Below the pieces are notes generated by a model. It was not told where the DNA came from, did no database searches, and saw nothing but the letters and a program-made list of their open reading frames with translations. Both the position numbers and the translations under genes were made by a program. Of a stretch of 33,633 bases of DNA, positions 20,090 to 29,731 are shown in pieces; position 1 is the first letter of the stretch; every line of letters starts with the position of its first letter. The DNA comes from Wenzhouxiangellaceae bacterium (GTDB lineage: Bacteria; Pseudomonadota; Gammaproteobacteria; Xanthomonadales; Wenzhouxiangellaceae). The DNA lies in contig JALQZL010000003.1 of NCBI GenBank assembly GCA_023258355.1, forward strand, positions 3,165-36,797. Reading direction: 5' to 3'.

Positions 20090-20120
20090 TGAGCCTAAGC
20101 TAAGTTAATGACATTTTAAA

Positions 20121-21098
20121 ATGCCAACAGATAAACAACAGGTGATCAGTAGCGCTAAAGCGGTCCTAGAGACCGAGGCGAGCGCTATTGGTGCACTTAT
20201 TGAGCGTATCGATCAGTCTTTTTATGAGGCGGTAGAGGCTGTGCTTGCATGCACTGGCCACGTCATCCTGACTGGGATGGGCAAGTCAGGGCATGTTGCC
20301 CAAAAAATTGCCGCCACACTGGCTTCAACAGGGACACCCGCTTTTTTCGTCCATCCCGCTGAGGCCAGTCATGGTGATCTCGGCATGATTCGAACGGATA
20401 GCCTGGTCATTGCTCTGTCCAACTCAGGCGAGACAGAGGAGTTGTTGCGACTAATTCCTGTGTTAAAGCGCTTGGGTGTCAACATGGTTGCCATCACTGG
20501 CCAGCCAAGTTCTAGCTTGGCGCAGCATGCCAACCTTCACTTAAATGTGAGCGTTGATCGTGAGGCCTGCCCACTGGGTCTTGCACCGACCGCCTCTACC
20601 TCCGCGCAATTGGCCATGGGCGACGCACTGGCACTCAGTGTTGCCCAAGCGCGCGGTTTTACCCCCGATGATTTTGCGCGCTCTCACCCGGGCGGCATGC
20701 TGGGACGGCGCCTGTTAATGACCATCGAAGACCTCATGCACAGGGATGAAGCGCTACCTAAAGTGGGTGAGGCGGCCTCAGTGGCTGAGGCGATCATGGA
20801 AATGACACGCTCCCGCCTCGGGATGTGCGCTGTACTTGATGAGCACGGTGTTGTGATCGGCGTGATCACGGACGGCGATCTCAGACGGCATATCCATGAG
20901 ATCAATGATGTTAATCAATTGTCAGCATCTCACATCATGACCCCAAATCCACAGACCATTCAGCCTCATGAACTGGCTTTTGAGGCGGTGACTTTGATGC
21001 AGTCGAGGAGAATTCAGGGTCTGTTGGTCACCAATGCCGAGGGTCAATTGCAAGGCGCCTTGAATTTTCAGGATTTATTACAGGCTGGTTTGGTATGA
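20121..21098 (+). CDS. kdsD: Arabinose 5-phosphate isomerase (KpsF/GutQ family)
   Basis: GMGKSGH, STGTPAFFVHPAEASHGDLG, EACPLGLAPTAS, SHPGG, C-terminal CBS pair. Confidence 0.96.
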   Translation: MPTDKQQVISSAKAVLETEASAIGALIERIDQSFYEAVEAVLACTGHVILTGMGKSGHVAQKIAATLASTGTPAFFVHPAEASHGDLGMIRTDSLVIALSNSGETEELLRLIPVLKRLGVNMVAITGQPSSSLAQHANLHLNVSVDREACPLGLAPTASTSAQLAMGDALALSVAQARGFTPDDFARSHPGGMLGRRLLMTIEDLMHRDEALPKVGEAASVAEAIMEMTRSRLGMCAVLDEHGVVIGVITDGDLRRHIHEINDVNQLSASHIMTPNPQTIQPHELAFEAVTLMQSRRIQGLLVTNAEGQLQGALNFQDLLQAGLV

Positions 21099-21601
21099 CA
21101 AACAAAGTCATCAAATTGGTTGTTTTCGATGTCGATGGCGTTTTGACCGATGGGCGCCTTTATCTCCAAGACGATGGGCAGGAAATTAAAGCATTTCATA
21201 CCCGCGACGGCTTAGGCCTCAAAGCCCTGATGTCTTTTGGCATAGAGGTAGCGATCATCACCGCTCGCAGTGCACCCTTGGTGGACCGGCGGATGTCAGA
21301 GCTGGGCATCACTCACTACTATCCAGGCTGCGAAGATAAAAAGGTTGCGTTGAGTGACTTACTGGAAACGCTCGACATACAGCCCAATGAGGTTGCCTAT
21401 GTCGGTGATGATCTCGTGGACTGGCCAGCGATGCATCTATGTGGCATGAAATGTGTGCCGGCAGATGGCGATGCGTGGCTACAGCAACAGGCGGACTATG
21501 TCACGTCCGCCAACGGTGGCCATGGCGCTGCCAGGGAAGTGGCTGAGAAAATTTTGGCAGATCAAAACTTACTTGAGGCTTGGAGAAACCAGTTCCTGTG
21601 A
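21095..21601 (+). CDS. kdsC: KDO 8-phosphate phosphatase
   Basis: FDVDGVLTDG, KAFHTRDGLG, YVGDDLVD, GGHGAARE. Confidence 0.96.
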   Translation: MTNKVIKLVVFDVDGVLTDGRLYLQDDGQEIKAFHTRDGLGLKALMSFGIEVAIITARSAPLVDRRMSELGITHYYPGCEDKKVALSDLLETLDIQPNEVAYVGDDLVDWPAMHLCGMKCVPADGDAWLQQQADYVTSANGGHGAAREVAEKILADQNLLEAWRNQFL

Positions 21602-22197
21602 ACCGCCGCATCATCGTTTTGGCAAGTTTGATGTTGCTCGTGGTGTTTCTTATTCGATGGTGGGTTCCCTCAGACCGGAGCACAAGAAGCATTCCCGCAC
21701 TACCAGACACGCGCCTAGATTACACATTGACCGATTTCAAATCTGAGTTCTATAACAGTGAAGGTGTGCTGGAGTGGGTCATTGAAGCTCCTGAGCTCAC
21801 CCATGAGGCATCTTTGAAAAAAGCCGTTATCCGTGAGCCTGTTATGCAGATCGAACCCACAAGCGCTGACTGGCACGCACGTGCTGACCAGGCCGAGATC
21901 TTAAGGAATGAGGATGAGATTGTGCTCATCGGGAATGTTGTCATTCGCCAAGCCCTGGATGCGGGCGACCGCATCATCAGAACAAACCAATTACATCATG
22001 ACCGCCGCCAGCGTACAATCAAGGCAGAGAGCGCTGTCATTATTGATAGCCCAAGCTCATTCATCGAGGCGGGCGGCCTGCTGATTGACCTTGATACGAA
22101 TACCATGGAGTTTTTTAATCATGTTGAAGGTGAGATCTTTTTTGATCATTATGATGAGCCTAGCGCCCATGATGACATTACTGGCCCAAGAGACTGA
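21598..22197 (+). CDS. lptC: LPS export ABC transporter periplasmic protein LptC
   Basis: Single N-terminal TM helix followed by a beta-rich domain; lies between kdsC and lptA. GTG 21598 overlaps the kdsC stop (GTGA). Confidence 0.88.
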   Translation: MNRRIIVLASLMLLVVFLIRWWVPSDRSTRSIPALPDTRLDYTLTDFKSEFYNSEGVLEWVIEAPELTHEASLKKAVIREPVMQIEPTSADWHARADQAEILRNEDEIVLIGNVVIRQALDAGDRIIRTNQLHHDRRQRTIKAESAVIIDSPSSFIEAGGLLIDLDTNTMEFFNHVEGEIFFDHYDEPSAHDDITGPRD

Positions 22198-22615
22198 AGC
22201 GCAGTCGCGACAGGAAGGTCCGATTCAAATTGATGCTGATAGCGGTGAATTTGATAACCGCCTGAATGCCTACAAGCTTTTTGGCAATGTGAAGATTAGT
22301 CATGGTCAACTGTCTGTCATGGCCGATGAAGGATTTGCCTATCAAACAGAGGGGGAAGATGAGCGTGTGGAGCTTTTTGGATCTCCCACACGTTGGACCA
22401 TGCAAATGGAAGATGGCACACAAGCCACAGGCCAATCAGATGAAATCATCTACAATTTGACTCAAAATATCATCGTCATGGTGGGGAATGCCAGAGTTGA
22501 AGACAGCCGAGGCGTTTTCACTGGTGCCCGGCTGACGTATGACCTAGAGACGGAAAAAACCGAAGGCGAAGGTGGGGTGAAAGTAGTCATTGATCCCTCC
22601 AGACCACAGAATTAG
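22121..22615 (+). CDS. lptA: LPS transport periplasmic protein LptA
   Basis: Signal peptide, [35 protein letters not shown]; GGAG upstream of ATG 22121. Confidence 0.9.
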   Translation: MLKVRSFLIIMMSLAPMMTLLAQETEAQSRQEGPIQIDADSGEFDNRLNAYKLFGNVKISHGQLSVMADEGFAYQTEGEDERVELFGSPTRWTMQMEDGTQATGQSDEIIYNLTQNIIVMVGNARVEDSRGVFTGARLTYDLETEKTEGEGGVKVVIDPSRPQN

Positions 22616-22644
22616 ATCACAAAAAACTGACAACTGGACGCATT

Positions 22645-23364
22645 GTGTTAGAAGCCAAACATCTTATAAAACGTTATCGGGGCCGAACAGTCGTTCAAGA
22701 TGTCTCGCTCAACGTTGAGCGTGGAGAAATTGTTGGGCTCCTCGGCCCCAATGGTGCTGGCAAAACCACAACTTTCTACATGGTGGTTGGCCTTGTCCCC
22801 GCCGACGGCGGCCAAATTACTTTGGATGACAGCGACCTGACGCAGGCCAACATGCATCGGCGAGCACGTCAAGGGCTCGGCTATCTTCCTCAAGAGGCCT
22901 CGATATTTCGAAAGCTAAGTGTCGCCGACAATATCATGGCTATTTTGCAACTTCGCAAAGACCTCACTTCTGATCAACGTCTTGCTGAACAGGCCAGGCT
23001 AATGGATGAATTTCACATTACTCACCTGGCGGATCAAATGGGCATTTCATTATCGGGTGGAGAGCGGAGACGAGTCGAGATTGCACGCTGTTTGGCCAAC
23101 GATCCTAAGTTTATATTGCTCGATGAGCCATTTGCTGGGGTTGACCCCATCTCTGTGGGTGAAATTCAGCAAATCATCAAACAACTTGCGGAGCGTTCTA
23201 TTGGCATCTTGATCACGGACCACAACGTTAGAGAGACCTTGGGCATTTGCGATCGCGCCTATATCATCTCTGAGGGCAAAGTGCTCACTCAAGGCAGCCC
23301 AGCAGATGTTTTGGCTGATGATAATGTTCGGAAAGTGTACTTGGGCTCGGAATTCAAGCTCTAG
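22645..23364 (+). CDS. lptB: LPS export ABC transporter ATP-binding protein
   Basis: [63 protein letters not shown]. Confidence 0.98.
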   Translation: MLEAKHLIKRYRGRTVVQDVSLNVERGEIVGLLGPNGAGKTTTFYMVVGLVPADGGQITLDDSDLTQANMHRRARQGLGYLPQEASIFRKLSVADNIMAILQLRKDLTSDQRLAEQARLMDEFHITHLADQMGISLSGGERRRVEIARCLANDPKFILLDEPFAGVDPISVGEIQQIIKQLAERSIGILITDHNVRETLGICDRAYIISEGKVLTQGSPADVLADDNVRKVYLGSEFKL

Positions 23365-23381
23365 CATTCGAGTAGTGAGCG

Positions 23382-24758
23382 ATGCCTGTTGGCCAAAAAA
23401 TCCAGCTTAAAGTACAGCAAAAACTCCGCCTTTCTCCCCAAGTTCAGTACTGTCTGAGATTAATTCAACTAAACCGCGTGGAGCTCGTTGACCACATTCA
23501 AGAAGCTGTTTTAAGTAATCCACTCATCGAAATTGAATCGGCCACGTACACGCAGCCTCAACATCTCAGTCAACTGGGCCCCTCTGCCAAGAACCAATCG
23601 CACGATATCGATACTGGCGTTTGGGCAGTTGATCCAGACCAAGACTCACTCCAGGCTCATCTTGAATGGCAACTGGCTATGTCTGGATTCGATGCCGATG
23701 AAATGAAGGTGGCGTCACTGATTATTCACCATCTCGATGACCGTGGCTTACTATCCATCGGCTTATCTGAGCTTTTCGAGCTCAGTCAGACGGAAATGGG
23801 CCGAAGAGCACACTCAAAAAACCAAATTAAGTCAGTGCTTGCAAAGATTCAACAGTTTGACCCAATTGGTGTGGCCGCACAGACTGTTCAAGAGAGCCTC
23901 CTCATGCAATTAAGTGCTCGCTTCGCAGCTGAGCCATCGTTTTCGATTGCAAAAACGATGTTAGAAAACCACTACCATCAGCTGGGTCAGGGGGACATGG
24001 GACAATTGGCAACAGCATTAAAATCAAGTCCCACTCAGATCCAATCTGGCTTTGCTCTCATTCAGCGATTGACGCCTAATCCAGCCAGTGCCTTTGGGCA
24101 GTTAACAGCAGAACATATCATTCCTGATATCTATATTTATCCATCTGAAGATCAAGAAAAGACACCATGGCGGGTCATCGTCAATAGAAGCCACATGCCA
24201 CAAATCATTCTCAACAGCACTTATAAAGACCTCATGCCGCATGCCTCCGCTCCCGATAAGAAATATCTAAATCAGAAGCTTCGCGATGCCCAGTCACTGA
24301 TTGACGGGCTACAGATGAGACACCAAACAATTGTGAGAGTCGCTCAGGCATTGGCTAGCTATCAGACGACATTTTTACATCGAGGCAGACAATACCTCAG
24401 ACCGCTCTCTCAAAAAATGATTGCTGAGACGTTAGACATGCACAGCTCAACGATTTCTCGGACAGTCAGTGGAAAATACGCACAGACGCCTCAGGGGTTG
24501 ATATCGCTCAAGCAATTTTTTTCAGGAAAGTTAAGTCATGATGCGCGGGGGCAGATTGCATCGGACGTCATCCTTGAGAAAATCAGAGAAATCATCATTC
24601 ATGAAGACCCGAAACAGCCACTAACGGATCAAAGTATCGCCAACCTATTGAGCAACAATGGGGTTAGAATTGCACGTAGAACGGTCACAAAATACCGTGA
24701 AAAATTGGGTTTTCGTGGCTCTCAAGCGCGTCAATCAAGCAGAACATGGCGTCTGTGA
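23382..24758 (+). CDS. rpoN: RNA polymerase sigma-54 factor
   Basis: NPLIE, FDPIGVAA, HTH MHSSTISR...KY, RpoN box ARRTVTKYRE; lies between lptB and hpf. Confidence 0.94.
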   Translation: MPVGQKIQLKVQQKLRLSPQVQYCLRLIQLNRVELVDHIQEAVLSNPLIEIESATYTQPQHLSQLGPSAKNQSHDIDTGVWAVDPDQDSLQAHLEWQLAMSGFDADEMKVASLIIHHLDDRGLLSIGLSELFELSQTEMGRRAHSKNQIKSVLAKIQQFDPIGVAAQTVQESLLMQLSARFAAEPSFSIAKTMLENHYHQLGQGDMGQLATALKSSPTQIQSGFALIQRLTPNPASAFGQLTAEHIIPDIYIYPSEDQEKTPWRVIVNRSHMPQIILNSTYKDLMPHASAPDKKYLNQKLRDAQSLIDGLQMRHQTIVRVAQALASYQTTFLHRGRQYLRPLSQKMIAETLDMHSSTISRTVSGKYAQTPQGLISLKQFFSGKLSHDARGQIASDVILEKIREIIIHEDPKQPLTDQSIANLLSNNGVRIARRTVTKYREKLGFRGSQARQSSRTWRL

Positions 24759-24814
24759 ACTGAAGCGCTAGGGGGATGCGAAAACGATGACTAAAGTAAG
24801 GAGTAGGCAGCGTT

Positions 24815-25114
24815 ATGCAAATTGAAGTCACTGGACAAAACGTTGAAATCACAGATGCACTCAGAAGTTATGTGTCAGAGAAAACACAACGGATTGAGCG
24901 GCACTTTGAAAACATCACATCAGGGCACTTTATTTTGAAACTTGAGAAATTGGTTCATACGGCAGAGGGGACGATTCATGTGGGTGGTAAAACAAACCCA
25001 GTCCATGCCCAGTCTACCGCTGATGATATGTATGCAGCCATTGATGATCTGATGGACAAGTTGGATCGGCAAGTGCGTAGACACAAAAGTAAAGTCACTG
25101 ATCACCATCGCTAA
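24815..25114 (+). CDS. hpf: Ribosome hibernation promoting factor (short HPF)
   Basis: ITDALRSYVSEK, DMYAAIDDLMDKLDRQ; AGGAG upstream. Confidence 0.95.
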   Translation: MQIEVTGQNVEITDALRSYVSEKTQRIERHFENITSGHFILKLEKLVHTAEGTIHVGGKTNPVHAQSTADDMYAAIDDLMDKLDRQVRRHKSKVTDHHR

Positions 25115-25128
25115 TTGAGGCACTCGCC

Positions 25129-25581
25129 ATGCAGCTGGCTGATGTTCTAACTACTGACAGAATTCTGCTGGATCTCACTGCCTCCAGCAAAAAAACTTTG
25201 CTAGAAAAAATGGCGAAAGTACTTGCTAAAGCAGACAGCGAAACAGATCACCGGCAGATTTTTGAGGGGCTTTGTCAACGTGAACGGCTTGGCTCGACAG
25301 GTCTGGGTCTCGGTATCGCCATCCCTCATTGCCGAATATCAGAGCAAGATGAAGTCGCGGGTGCCGTGATTCGTCTCCGAAAACCCATTGACTTTGATGC
25401 ACCTGATCAACAGAATGTTGATCTTTTTTTCGCACTTGCCATCCCTGAGAAGTGCACGGAAGCCCATTTGAAACTATTAGCCGACATTGCTGAGTTCTTC
25501 AAAGACACACAAAAAGCTTCAAGCGTGCGCGAGGCTGCCTCAGCCGAAGATGTGATTGCACTGATGAGCCATGGAGAATAG
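25129..25581 (+). CDS. ptsN: PTS IIA-like nitrogen regulatory protein
   Basis: SKK, RERLGSTGLGLGIAIPH (phospho-His), DFDAPD, HLKLLA. Confidence 0.92.
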   Translation: MQLADVLTTDRILLDLTASSKKTLLEKMAKVLAKADSETDHRQIFEGLCQRERLGSTGLGLGIAIPHCRISEQDEVAGAVIRLRKPIDFDAPDQQNVDLFFALAIPEKCTEAHLKLLADIAEFFKDTQKASSVREAASAEDVIALMSHGE

Positions 25582-26437
25582 ACGACCTCGATTGGTTATT
25601 TTGAGTGGTCTGTCTGGAGGCGGGAAATCCAGCGCACTTCATGCGCTAGAGGATCTTGGCTTTTACTGCGTTGACAACCTGCCCGGTGCGATCCTACCCA
25701 GCATGATCCACGAGATTGAAACACAGCCTCAGCGCTATTATGACGTTGCCATCGGTATGGATGTCAGAATGGGCTCCGAGGACCTTGCTACACTGACTCA
25801 GGCGCTGGACGAAATTTCATCAAGGCTACAGGTCTCATTGGTCTTTGTTGAGGCTGATAATGACGCGCTTATGCGTCGGTTTAGCGAAACTCGGCGTCGC
25901 CACCCCCTAACCAAAGAAACTGGCTTGGGTGCTGCCATTGCCCAAGAAAGGCAGTTACTGGACCCGCTAAGACAACGTGCCGACCATATCGTTGATACCT
26001 CACAAACGAATATTCATCAATTGCGGCATCAGATCTGGCGCCTCATCGGCGGTTCAGACGAATCAGATATCCAGATGATTGTGGTTGAATCTTTTGCATT
26101 CAAACATGGCGTGCCTCGAGATGTTGATTTCTTGTTTGATGCACGCGCACTACCCAATCCGCACTGGGAAAAAGCGCTAAGACCATTGGATGGTCGTGAC
26201 CAGGAGGTGATTGATTGGCTAGAGACACACACCGAGGTCACTGAGTTCAAAGAAGACATTGTTCGTTTTTTTAAACGCTGGCTCCCACCGATTGCCCAGG
26301 GGCAAAGAAGCCTTTTGACCATTGCGGTTGGATGCACTGGTGGACAACATCGCTCTGTCTATCTCTCTGAACAAATCGCTAGCGCGTTCCAAAAAGACGG
26401 CTTTGTCGTCAAAACTTTTCACCGCGAGCTCAACTAA
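25571..26437 (+). CDS. rapZ: RNase adapter RapZ (P-loop NTPase, YhbJ)
   Basis: GLSGGGKS, LEDLGFYCVDNLP, RRFSETRRRHPL, LPNPHW, GCTGGQHRSV. Confidence 0.96.
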   Translation: MENRRPRLVILSGLSGGGKSSALHALEDLGFYCVDNLPGAILPSMIHEIETQPQRYYDVAIGMDVRMGSEDLATLTQALDEISSRLQVSLVFVEADNDALMRRFSETRRRHPLTKETGLGAAIAQERQLLDPLRQRADHIVDTSQTNIHQLRHQIWRLIGGSDESDIQMIVVESFAFKHGVPRDVDFLFDARALPNPHWEKALRPLDGRDQEVIDWLETHTEVTEFKEDIVRFFKRWLPPIAQGQRSLLTIAVGCTGGQHRSVYLSEQIASAFQKDGFVVKTFHRELN

Positions 26438-26440
26438 GCC

Positions 26441-27088
26441 TTAGCTAGTGACTTGGTTTCGCACATAGTGAGCTTTTAATTGCCAGGGGGTGACTGCATC
26501 TTGAGCAAGCGCAGCAGCACACACTGCCCTTGGTCTGACGTCGACATCTATGAGCGACGCGCGCTCTTTAGACTCTGACGCCAGCAATGTGGGATAAACA
26601 CGCAACCCATTGCCCATGAGTGCAGTGTCATCAGGCTCATCTCGGAGATGCACCGCCTCAGGAGAAACCACTCTCGCCTTATCTAGTGCAGCCCAACTTC
26701 CACTTGATGAACATTCAAACCTCTGCGTATAGACTTCTCCCATGCGGGCATCCATAATCACCATGACACGTTTTGCCACAGTGCACTGGGAAGCGACATT
26801 GAGAAGGCTTGAGACGGGATAAATAGGCAATGTATGCGCCAAAGCGATGCCCTGGACTAGCGAGAGGCCCATCCTTAGGCTGGTAAAGCCACCGGGCCCA
26901 TTACCCACGACCAAACGATCAAGTTGTTCATAATCTAACCTGGCTTCGATCATGAGTTTCTGAATCCATGGCCAGAGCACTTCAGAATGAATTTGAGCAC
27001 CGACCTCTTCACGCTCAAAAGCACCATGAGCAGAAATGACAGCCACACTACACCAGTCAGTCGAGGTTTCAATTGAGAGTATGTTCAT
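26441..27088 (-). CDS. tsaB: tRNA threonylcarbamoyladenosine biosynthesis protein TsaB
   Basis: ILSIETST, GPGGFTSLR, DARMGEVY, YVRN; follows yoaA. Confidence 0.95.
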   Translation of the reverse strand: MNILSIETSTDWCSVAVISAHGAFEREEVGAQIHSEVLWPWIQKLMIEARLDYEQLDRLVVGNGPGGFTSLRMGLSLVQGIALAHTLPIYPVSSLLNVASQCTVAKRVMVIMDARMGEVYTQRFECSSSGSWAALDKARVVSPEAVHLRDEPDDTALMGNGLRVYPTLLASESKERASLIDVDVRPRAVCAAALAQDAVTPWQLKAHYVRNQVTS

Positions 27089-27100
27089 GATGTAGTCATT

Positions 27101-29008
27101 CTAATGCTCAAGGTGCTGATCAAGAAAATCTATCGCCTCTTTTGCAGAATCAATTGGCGTCATCTTTGGCAGACTCTTCATAAAAATTCGACCATAAGAT
27201 CGATTCTTTAGGCGGATATCACCAATAACAAGTACGCCGAAGTCTTCCGCTTGTCTTATCAAACGCCCCACACCTTGCTTCAGGGCCAAGACAGCATGGG
27301 GCATTTGGACAGTCGCAAAGGCCCGTTCACCGCGCTCTGTCGCCGCCTTTATCATGGCTTCTAATACTGGATCATCGGGCGGTGCAAAGGGCAGCTTATC
27401 AATAACCACAACACTCAGTAAGTCCCCCGGGACATCAACGCCCTCCCAAAAGCTGGCTGCTCCCAGCAAGACGCTATTTGGCTCACTAATGAAGCGTTGT
27501 AGCAATGTTCTTCTCGTTTGCTCTTCTTGCACCAGTAAATTGAATTCAGTGTGACTTCGCAGCCATTGGGCTGCCTCACGCAGTGCACGATGTGAAGTAA
27601 ATAAAAGAAAAGCGCGTCCCTTGCTGGCTTGTAGTAGAGGCTTTATGTGCTCTAACAGTTGAGTGGTATGCTGTTGGTCACTAGGCTCTGGCAGGGTACT
27701 GGGCACCCAGAGTCGTGTTTGATCCTCATAGCAAAAGGGCGTCTCAACAATCATCTCTCGACAATGCTCAATCCCCAGTCGCTGGGTAAAATGATCAAAA
27801 TGACCCGCTACAGTTAAGGTGGCAGAGGTGAGTATCCAAGTAGCGTTCACCTCTGCTCGGATAGCTTGAATGGGGGTAGAAATATCCATAGGGGTTAAAT
27901 TCAAATTGAAACGGCCTTGCCGGTGGCTAAACCAGCGGACGGCGTGTTCATCTCCACCAATAAACTGCCTCAGTCTTTGATGCAGTGTAGATGCCCGTTC
28001 CCAACATTGCGCAAGTTCCCGAGTTTGGTCAGAGACTGCCGAAAGTGCTTCGGCTAATTTGCTCAAGGCATCTGCAATCGCCACAAGTTCTGACTCAACC
28101 GAACCGAGTTTGGTGTAATCACCGCGCGAGGGCAAATCAGCAAAGATTGACATGCCTCTGTCCACTTTTTGTTTCAAGAGATCTAATGGTTGACGCAGTA
28201 GCGAGAGGGTGCCTGTCGCCCCCGAGCAGGCAGCCAGCGCATCTCGTCCGAGCTCCCGCAACTGCCAGCCAGTAACCGTTTCGGAAAAAAATCGCATGGC
28301 AGTATCTGGCACTTGATGTGCTTCATCCATCACAATCACGTCAGCACCAGGTAACACCTCTCCGAACCCCCCCTGCTTGAGGGCAAAATCAGCGAAGAGC
28401 AAATGATGATTCACAACCACAATCTCTGCCGATTGTGCCTGTCGACGTGCTTTTGCGACGTGACACTTAGAAAACAAGGGGCACTCAGAACCCAAACAGT
28501 TATCTTGTGTTGAAGTCACCCAAGGCCACACCCCAGAATCGGTGCTAATGGTATCTAGTTCAGCGATATCTCCTGAATCAGTTTTCGTGGACCACGCTTC
28601 AACTGATCTAAAATCGGACCCCCATGCACCATCTCGAACTTTCTCATCTTTGCCATGAAGCGCCAAGCGGTGGAGACACAAATAATTGGATCGGCCTTTC
28701 AATAAGGCAATATCGCGCTCCACTCCGAGAGCACGCAATGCCAGCGGGAGATCACGGTTATAGAGCTGATCTTGGAGATTCAATGTGCCGGTCGATAAAA
28801 TAGCGCGCTCGGCATGCATGAGAACAGGGAGCAGATAGGCCAGAGTTTTGCCGGTTCCAGTCGCTGCTTCAACGACAAGATCTGTGTGGTCGAGCACAGC
28901 ATTCTCAACAGCCTCAGACATGGCCAACTGGCCTGGCCTTGGCGTGAAGCGCCCGATTAAATGATTGAGAGCCCCATCGGATCCCAGGATCTGAGACAGA
29001 TCAGTCAT
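27101..29008 (-). CDS. yoaA: DinG-family ATP-dependent DNA helicase YoaA
   Basis: EAATGTGKTLAYL, LKGRSNYLC, Fe-S Cys cluster (NCLGSECPLFSKC), DEAH, TSATL, SFWEGVDVPG, QGVGRLIR. Confidence 0.93.
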   Translation of the reverse strand: MTDLSQILGSDGALNHLIGRFTPRPGQLAMSEAVENAVLDHTDLVVEAATGTGKTLAYLLPVLMHAERAILSTGTLNLQDQLYNRDLPLALRALGVERDIALLKGRSNYLCLHRLALHGKDEKVRDGAWGSDFRSVEAWSTKTDSGDIAELDTISTDSGVWPWVTSTQDNCLGSECPLFSKCHVAKARRQAQSAEIVVVNHHLLFADFALKQGGFGEVLPGADVIVMDEAHQVPDTAMRFFSETVTGWQLRELGRDALAACSGATGTLSLLRQPLDLLKQKVDRGMSIFADLPSRGDYTKLGSVESELVAIADALSKLAEALSAVSDQTRELAQCWERASTLHQRLRQFIGGDEHAVRWFSHRQGRFNLNLTPMDISTPIQAIRAEVNATWILTSATLTVAGHFDHFTQRLGIEHCREMIVETPFCYEDQTRLWVPSTLPEPSDQQHTTQLLEHIKPLLQASKGRAFLLFTSHRALREAAQWLRSHTEFNLLVQEEQTRRTLLQRFISEPNSVLLGAASFWEGVDVPGDLLSVVVIDKLPFAPPDDPVLEAMIKAATERGERAFATVQMPHAVLALKQGVGRLIRQAEDFGVLVIGDIRLKNRSYGRIFMKSLPKMTPIDSAKEAIDFLDQHLEH

Positions 29009-29026
29009 CGAAAACTTTCCGTCACA

Positions 29027-29533
29027 CTAAAAACGATCTGGCCGCGTGCGTTCACACAGAGGGATCCGGGCTTCTGCTCGCCCAACTTGATCCCATTGAC
29101 CCAGGTTCTGATAGGCCACGACTAAACCACGCCAATTGCGTTTACATAAATGACCTAGGCGGGGGCCCAACTCAATGGACTTTGTAATATTCGTAATTGC
29201 GTCTGTCCATCTACCCTGCTCTAGTTGAACCTCAGCCACCTGTTGCAAAATATCTGGGGCATTGGGCTCAATCACCAATGCTCTGTCGAGTAAGCGCAGC
29301 GCTTGGTCAAAGTCTCGGCGCTTTTCTGCCACCATGGCCTTGCCCATCATATCTGTGACGATGGGATTTCTGAGGCCATAAATTTGGAGGCCTGTCTGGG
29401 TATCCGTTCCCACCCCGCGGACTTGTTCAGCCAGTGTCAATCGGCCCAAACCCGCTTGGCAGGCGGTTAAAAGGGCCACTATCGATGCTCCCAGCACAGC
29501 GCACTGGAGCCATTGCGAGCGTTTCGTTCCCAT
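29027..29533 (-). CDS. TPR-repeat lipoprotein (LpoP-like)
   Basis: From ATG 29533: signal peptide with lipobox LTAC, and TPR pattern ALRLLDRALVIEPNAPDILQQVAEVQLEQG. The LpoP resemblance is an inference. Confidence 0.8.
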   Translation of the reverse strand: MGTKRSQWLQCAVLGASIVALLTACQAGLGRLTLAEQVRGVGTDTQTGLQIYGLRNPIVTDMMGKAMVAEKRRDFDQALRLLDRALVIEPNAPDILQQVAEVQLEQGRWTDAITNITKSIELGPRLGHLCKRNWRGLVVAYQNLGQWDQVGRAEARIPLCERTRPDRF

Positions 29534-29666
29534 CAAAGAGCCTAAACCGTCATGTCCTGCTTCAGTATAGCTTACCCATAGCGCACTGCCCCTTTCAGGT
29601 GTTATCACGACCGAATCAGCGCAGGCTTATGGGGGGGGTTGATTCAGCCTCACGAAGCCTTTTCGC

Positions 29667-29672
29667 TATAAT
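29667..29672 (+). promoter_or_regulatory. Putative -10 element for the giant glycosyltransferase gene
   Basis: Perfect TATAAT about 60 nt upstream of ATG 29732 in a divergent intergenic region; no properly spaced -35. Confidence 0.45.
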
Positions 29673-29731
29673 GGAGGACTAGGCGCTTGGAGAGCACGGT
29701 GGCCCGAAGAGGCCTTTTTTGGCAGAGCATC

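Noticed and set aside
29671-29682. Mini-ORF ATG GAG GAC TAG as a leader peptide
   Set aside because: It overlaps the putative -10 element, so it would not be on the transcript.
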